A stretch of DNA of 40,240 nucleotides from Sulfurovum sp. GTDB lineage: Bacteria > Campylobacterota > Campylobacteria > Campylobacterales > Sulfurovaceae. A program made the position numbers and the translations under genes. Below are positions 36,279 through 40,240 of this stretch, one piece after another (the first letter of the stretch is position 1; every line of letters starts with the position of its first letter). The notes under the pieces were generated by a model. The model made no database searches, was not told the origin of the DNA, and worked only from the letters and a program-made list of their open reading frames with translations. The DNA is taken from contig JALSTF010000200.1 of the NCBI GenBank assembly GCA_026983895.1, forward strand, positions 1 through 40,240. Reading direction: 5' to 3'.

Positions 36279-36305
36279 AGCCCCAATATGAATAAAAGGA
36301 TATGT

Positions 36306-37406
36306 ATGAAGTTGCTATTATCTGCTCTGTTGCTGGGAAGTACACTTTTTTCTGTCGTATTGTCGGCAAAAGAAAAATATTTTGTTGTAGAAAGGGAAAG
36401 CGAATCGGTCGCGGTGATAGAAGACGGCCTTGCCAAAAGGCATATGGAGCATATGCACAATATGAACCACGGCATCATCAAGTTCGACGGGGACGATGCC
36501 TACCTGATCAGCCGTGACGGCTATGTGGTAAAATTCGATCCGAAGACAGAAAAAAAAGAAGCTGAGTACAAAACCAGCAAGTCTGCTATAGGCTTTGTTA
36601 TCGGCAAGCACTATATCGCAGTGGCAAATTATGACGATAAATCGGTCGATATCCTTACCCGTGACCTCAAACCTATTGACAAGATCGTGACCGGCTCGAA
36701 GAATGTGGGTATCAAGATCTATAAGAATTACCTGATCTTTGCAGAGATGGATAAGGATAAAGTGGCCGTACTCAAAGACGAGAATGCGGGAAAAGGATTG
36801 CCTAAATTCAAGCGCTACAAAGAATTCAATGTCGGCAAGATGCCTTTTGATGCGATGATAGAAGGAGATACCTACATCGTAGGATTCTTCCTTGACAAAG
36901 GTTTCGGCGTGATCGACCTGGACAAGATGCAGTACAAAATGATCAAAGTGACTGCTGAGGAGAACAAGCCGGTACTTAAAGTACCGCACTTTGGTTTCTG
37001 GAGTTTGAGCAAAGACAAAACGTTCATCCCCGCCGTCGGAGACAACAAAGTACTGGTGTATGACAAGAAGTTTCACTGGATCAAAAATATCACGACCCAA
37101 GGATTGCCGGTCTTTACGTCGCTCAGTCCGGACAAGAAATATCTGGCTGTGACTTTTTCGGGCAAGGATTTCCCGACGATCCAGATCATTGATACAAAAA
37201 CGCTGAAGATCATCAAAACGTTCACATTCAAGGGGAAGGTGCTCCATGTACGATGGTCCAAAGAGTATCCGAAACTCTATGTCTCCGTCAACGATGCCAA
37301 CCAGGTGAATGTTATTGACACGAATGACTGGTATCTTGAGCGTGAGATCTTCCAGGTCAAGCATCCTTCCGGTATTTTCCTCTACCGGACGGAGAATAAA
37401 AAGTAA
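36306..37406 (+). CDS. nirF: Heme d1 biogenesis beta-propeller protein
   Basis: Signal peptide; VVER, SRDG, AVANY, PFDA, KVPHFGFW, GLPVF, VLH, PSGIF NirF-like motifs; no c-heme site. Confidence 0.85.
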   Translation: MKLLLSALLLGSTLFSVVLSAKEKYFVVERESESVAVIEDGLAKRHMEHMHNMNHGIIKFDGDDAYLISRDGYVVKFDPKTEKKEAEYKTSKSAIGFVIGKHYIAVANYDDKSVDILTRDLKPIDKIVTGSKNVGIKIYKNYLIFAEMDKDKVAVLKDENAGKGLPKFKRYKEFNVGKMPFDAMIEGDTYIVGFFLDKGFGVIDLDKMQYKMIKVTAEENKPVLKVPHFGFWSLSKDKTFIPAVGDNKVLVYDKKFHWIKNITTQGLPVFTSLSPDKKYLAVTFSGKDFPTIQIIDTKTLKIIKTFTFKGKVLHVRWSKEYPKLYVSVNDANQVNVIDTNDWYLEREIFQVKHPSGIFLYRTENKK

Positions 37407-37409
37407 ATC

Positions 37410-37820
37410 ATGTTCCCGCCGCTGCCAAGATGGTTCTGCCTCTGGCTGCTGCCGCTCTTTCTTTTGGCTGACCATGTCCACTGGATGGGCAGTTACGATG
37501 CTGCCCATCAAAAAGCACTATTGGAAAACAAACCCCTGCTTGTACTTGTTGTAAAAAAAAACGATCCTCTCTCCCGCACCCTTCTCAAAAATGTCTTTAT
37601 GAATAAGCTGTACATCGGCACGATCAATGCCAAATATGTGCCTGTCATTGTCACTTTCGAAGGCATGCAGAATTATCCTGTGGAGATGTACTATACGACC
37701 ACCTTTCCGACACTTTTTTTCGTGGATGCGCAAAAAGAGCTCTTTGTCCGAAAGCCGCTTTATGATGAAGAGATCAGCAGCGAAGCGGTTGTTGGGGTAG
37801 GGGAAAGTAGTGCGCGGTAA
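37410..37820 (+). CDS. Exported thioredoxin-fold protein lacking CxxC
   Basis: W..SYDAA.QKA..ENKPLLV and TFPTLFF fold motifs; DPLS at the CxxC position. Confidence 0.7.
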   Translation: MFPPLPRWFCLWLLPLFLLADHVHWMGSYDAAHQKALLENKPLLVLVVKKNDPLSRTLLKNVFMNKLYIGTINAKYVPVIVTFEGMQNYPVEMYYTTTFPTLFFVDAQKELFVRKPLYDEEISSEAVVGVGESSAR

Positions 37821-37839
37821 AGGTTGCTAAAAACACAGT

Positions 37840-38754
37840 CTAATTCCATCTCCATAATGCAATGATAAAAATAATCAGAAATACGATCGTTAAATTCATA
37901 TAGCTCATAAAGTAAAAGATCTTAGCCTGATGGGACATCTCTTCTTTATTATCATTTTGGAGTAATTCTCCTACAAGCGGCATTGTATACACTTTTTCTT
38001 CACCGTGCGGTGCCTGTGATATCATTTGTGTCAAATCCTCACCGGCATGTACTTTTCTCATATGTTCGCCATTTTTCCATTTTTTGGAATCACTGACATC
38101 ATAGATCTTGCCCTTGAATCCTATATAGGCAGGAGCACCGTCTTTCCCGTTATAAAGTGCCAACTCTTTTAACCCCATGTCTTTATAGTGAGGATCCAGT
38201 GCTTTTGCCGTACCGTTCTTTAATTTTGGAGCAATGAACAGGATAACATAGAGGGCAGAAAGTACCATGATCATGAACAGTGTGATCTTGATGCCTAAAA
38301 GTATGCCGAATGTCGACGTATAAAAGATGTCAAAGGAAGTCACTTTGCTTAAGGTCAGGTACGTACCGGTGACCGCCATAACGACCATAGATATCATGCC
38401 TACCTTCATTTCGGCAGGAGGCAGCCCTTTGGATGCATATTTTGGTTTTAATACAATATGCACATACAGAATGGTCCCGAACCAGAAAACAGCAGTAAAG
38501 ATATGCAAGAAGAGTATGAAGAGTTTGAAATAGGATTTTGAGTATTCTGTGGCTGCGGTTCCCGACTTCTTCAAACTCAATTGATATCCCTTGCCAAACT
38601 CGCGCAATGCTCCTCCCCCTGCAGGGTCAATATGGCATGCGATACAGTTCTGGGATGTTTTTTGTGCATATTGCGGTGTTGCATACAGCACAGCTGTAAA
38701 CAGCAATAGCAAAAAAACAGGCAGGTATCTGAAAGTAGCTGTTTTATGCCTCAT
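37840..38754 (-). CDS. Fusion protein: signal peptide, c-type heme site, CopD-like TM domain, cytochrome b5-like domain
   Basis: CIACH after the signal; four TM helices with His ([17 protein letters not shown]); [23 protein letters not shown]...HAGEDLT..APHG; final TM helix. Start reassigned to ATG 38754. Confidence 0.82.
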   Translation of the reverse strand: MRHKTATFRYLPVFLLLLFTAVLYATPQYAQKTSQNCIACHIDPAGGGALREFGKGYQLSLKKSGTAATEYSKSYFKLFILFLHIFTAVFWFGTILYVHIVLKPKYASKGLPPAEMKVGMISMVVMAVTGTYLTLSKVTSFDIFYTSTFGILLGIKITLFMIMVLSALYVILFIAPKLKNGTAKALDPHYKDMGLKELALYNGKDGAPAYIGFKGKIYDVSDSKKWKNGEHMRKVHAGEDLTQMISQAPHGEEKVYTMPLVGELLQNDNKEEMSHQAKIFYFMSYMNLTIVFLIIFIIALWRWN

Positions 38755-38914
38755 CGACAGGCTCAAAGTCTTCTTTCCCCGCACCGCACTCCGGGCATAC
38801 CCAGTCATCAGGCAGATCTTCAAAGGCAGTACCCGGGGCGATACCGTTTTCCTCATCTCCGACAGCAGGATCATAGATCCATCCGCATACCGTACATTCA
38901 TATTTTTGTGACAT
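38744..38914 (-). CDS. Rubredoxin (absent from ORF track)
   Basis: [56 protein letters not shown]; AAGGAG RBS. Confidence 0.96.
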   Translation of the reverse strand: MSQKYECTVCGWIYDPAVGDEENGIAPGTAFEDLPDDWVCPECGAGKEDFEPVDEA

Positions 38915-38934
38915 ACTAACTCCTTCTTTTGTGT

Positions 38935-38963
38935 AGTATATTGATAGTGCTCTGGAATGTCAA
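38935..38963 (-). promoter_or_regulatory. Near-consensus sigma70 promoter of the rubredoxin operon
   Basis: Minus strand reads TTGACA-17 nt-TATACT. Confidence 0.75.
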
Positions 38964-39022
38964 ATTATCTCCATTTTCCTTCTGCATCGATACCTTCATC
39001 CTATGCAATGTTGACTGTATCA

Positions 39023-39712
39023 CTATTCCGTTTCGAAGAATTTCCAGACAATGCCTGCGAGTACAGCACCGACGATGGGTGCGACCCAGAATACCCACAG
39101 CTGGCTCATGGCAGCGGTATCGGCAAAGAGCGCGGCGGCGGTACTGCGTGCCGGGTTGACAGAGGTGTTGGAGACGGGGATGGAGATGAGGTGGATGAGC
39201 GTCAGCCCCAGACCGATGGCGATACCGGCAAAGCCTGCCGGCGCATTCTTGTTGGTGGCGCCCAGGATGATGAAGAGAAAGAAAAAGGTCATGACCACTT
39301 CAGTGATGATCACCGCGCCAAGCCCATATTTGCCAGGTGAAAGCTCTCCATAACCATTGGCGGCAAAACTTCCCACTTCGAACTCTGCTTTTCCTGTCGC
39401 GATGAGGTAGAGTACCAGTGCGCCCAGCGTACCGCCGATGACCTGTACTGCAATGTAGGGCAGCAGCTCTTTCGTCTCGAACTTGCCCGCCGCCCAGAGT
39501 CCGGCGGAGACAGCCGGGTTGAAGTGTCCTCCGGAGATGTATCCGACCGCATAGACCATGGTCAGTACGGTCAGGCCGAATGCCAGTGCCACACCGGCGA
39601 AGCCGATGCCAAGTTCAGGGAAGCCTGCTGCAAGTACGGCGGAACCGCACCCTCCGAGAACGAGCCAGAAAGTACCGAAGAACTCGGCACCCAGTTTTTT
39701 GCTTAGTGACAT
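39023..39712 (-). CDS. aqpZ: Aquaporin Z
   Basis: [44 protein letters not shown] motifs. Confidence 0.96.
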   Translation of the reverse strand: MSLSKKLGAEFFGTFWLVLGGCGSAVLAAGFPELGIGFAGVALAFGLTVLTMVYAVGYISGGHFNPAVSAGLWAAGKFETKELLPYIAVQVIGGTLGALVLYLIATGKAEFEVGSFAANGYGELSPGKYGLGAVIITEVVMTFFFLFIILGATNKNAPAGFAGIAIGLGLTLIHLISIPVSNTSVNPARSTAAALFADTAAMSQLWVFWVAPIVGAVLAGIVWKFFETE

Positions 39713-39826
39713 AGATGATCCTTTGTTGTGATGTAAATCAAAAAGTATAACATATTTTTATACGTTATCTACAACTCTTGCCTATTTTTGATATAATAGT
39801 GCCCACTACAAACAAAAGGATCAGAA

Positions 39827-40042
39827 ATGAACAAAATTCTTATACTTACAGCGCTGCTTGGCAGTATGCTTTCTGCAAATATGGCGACCAAAGTGGTCAA
39901 GCACAAGGTTAAGCATGATATGAAGCAGGAAACTAAAGAGGTGAAACACGATATCAAGAAAAAAACAGACCTCGATGTAGATAAAAAGCTGAAAAAAGAG
40001 AAACACAAAATGGAGAGAAAAGCGATCAAAGCGGTACTCTAG
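39827..40042 (+). CDS. Small exported Lys/His-rich protein
   Basis: TGaTATAAT promoter at 39789, AAAGGA RBS, signal peptide, VKH-containing helical repeats. Confidence 0.75.
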   Translation: MNKILILTALLGSMLSANMATKVVKHKVKHDMKQETKEVKHDIKKKTDLDVDKKLKKEKHKMERKAIKAVL

Positions 40043-40123
40043 GTTTTTGAACATATGAAAAGCATTGTTTAGCATCAAAAAATAAAAGACGATATCGCCG
40101 GTATCGTTTCAAGGGGAATAAAA

Positions 40124-40240
40124 ATGAAAAAAATGAAAATGGCATTGGGACTCTTGTCTGTTTGTATGTTCATTACAGCGACACAGGCGGAAGAGAAGAG
40201 TATGGAGGAGTTGAGTCAGGAGTTGGCGAACCCTCTCGCA
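40124..40240 (+). CDS. 5' fragment of an exported protein, possibly an outer-membrane transporter; runs off the window
   Basis: AAGGGGA RBS; MKKMKMALGLLSVCMFITATQA signal peptide then EEKSMEELSQELANPLA; open to the window end. Confidence 0.65.
   Translation, partial: MKKMKMALGLLSVCMFITATQAEEKSMEELSQELANPLA

Noticed and set aside
38755-38901. 49-aa N-terminal extension of the b5-fusion ORF
   Set aside because: This DNA encodes rubredoxin in another frame; the signal peptide begins at 38754.
39728-39741. Fnr-like GTGAT-GTAA-ATCAA upstream of aqpZ
   Set aside because: One mismatch and lacks the 22-23 nt spacing to a -10 element seen at the other sites. It could be a repressor site but is unsupported.

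Overview
A gene-dense chromosomal window from a Campylobacterota bacterium; protein content, gnTATAAT promoters and AAGGA RBSs suggest a Sulfurovum-like chemolithotroph (inference). The left two-thirds is a housekeeping backbone: moaA, queE, queD, rsmE, rpmE, rsmI, rlmB, an AlaC-like aminotransferase, hom, yraN, trxA, trxB, dapB, purF, hisIE, an SPFH protein and ilvE. It is interrupted by accessory blocks: tauE plus a MFS-DUF1858-ICMT-like methyltransferase-trmO-MFS operon and a NifU-domain gene; yajQ, a structured intergenic element, a small Cys-rich protein and a stand-alone FdhF-like molybdoenzyme; and a PhyH-family dioxygenase. The right third is a denitrification cluster (3-TM protein, norC, norB, 50-aa membrane peptide, nirS, pentaheme cytochrome c, trkAH, nirF, CxxC-less thioredoxin). 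It is followed by a rubredoxin plus c-heme/CopD-like/cytochrome b5 fusion operon, aqpZ and small exported proteins. Highlights not shown by the ORF track: two missed short genes (rubredoxin and the norB-nirS membrane peptide); a shared 23-bp operator-like palindrome upstream of three accessory units; three Crp/Fnr-type boxes in class II promoter geometry, one serving uncharacterised divergent genes; heptamer-repeat/hairpin elements; and structured RNA candidates (rpmE leader, yajQ downstream element, nirS 3' hairpin). No tRNA, rRNA, CRISPR or transposase was recognised. All family calls come from motif recognition, not database searches.
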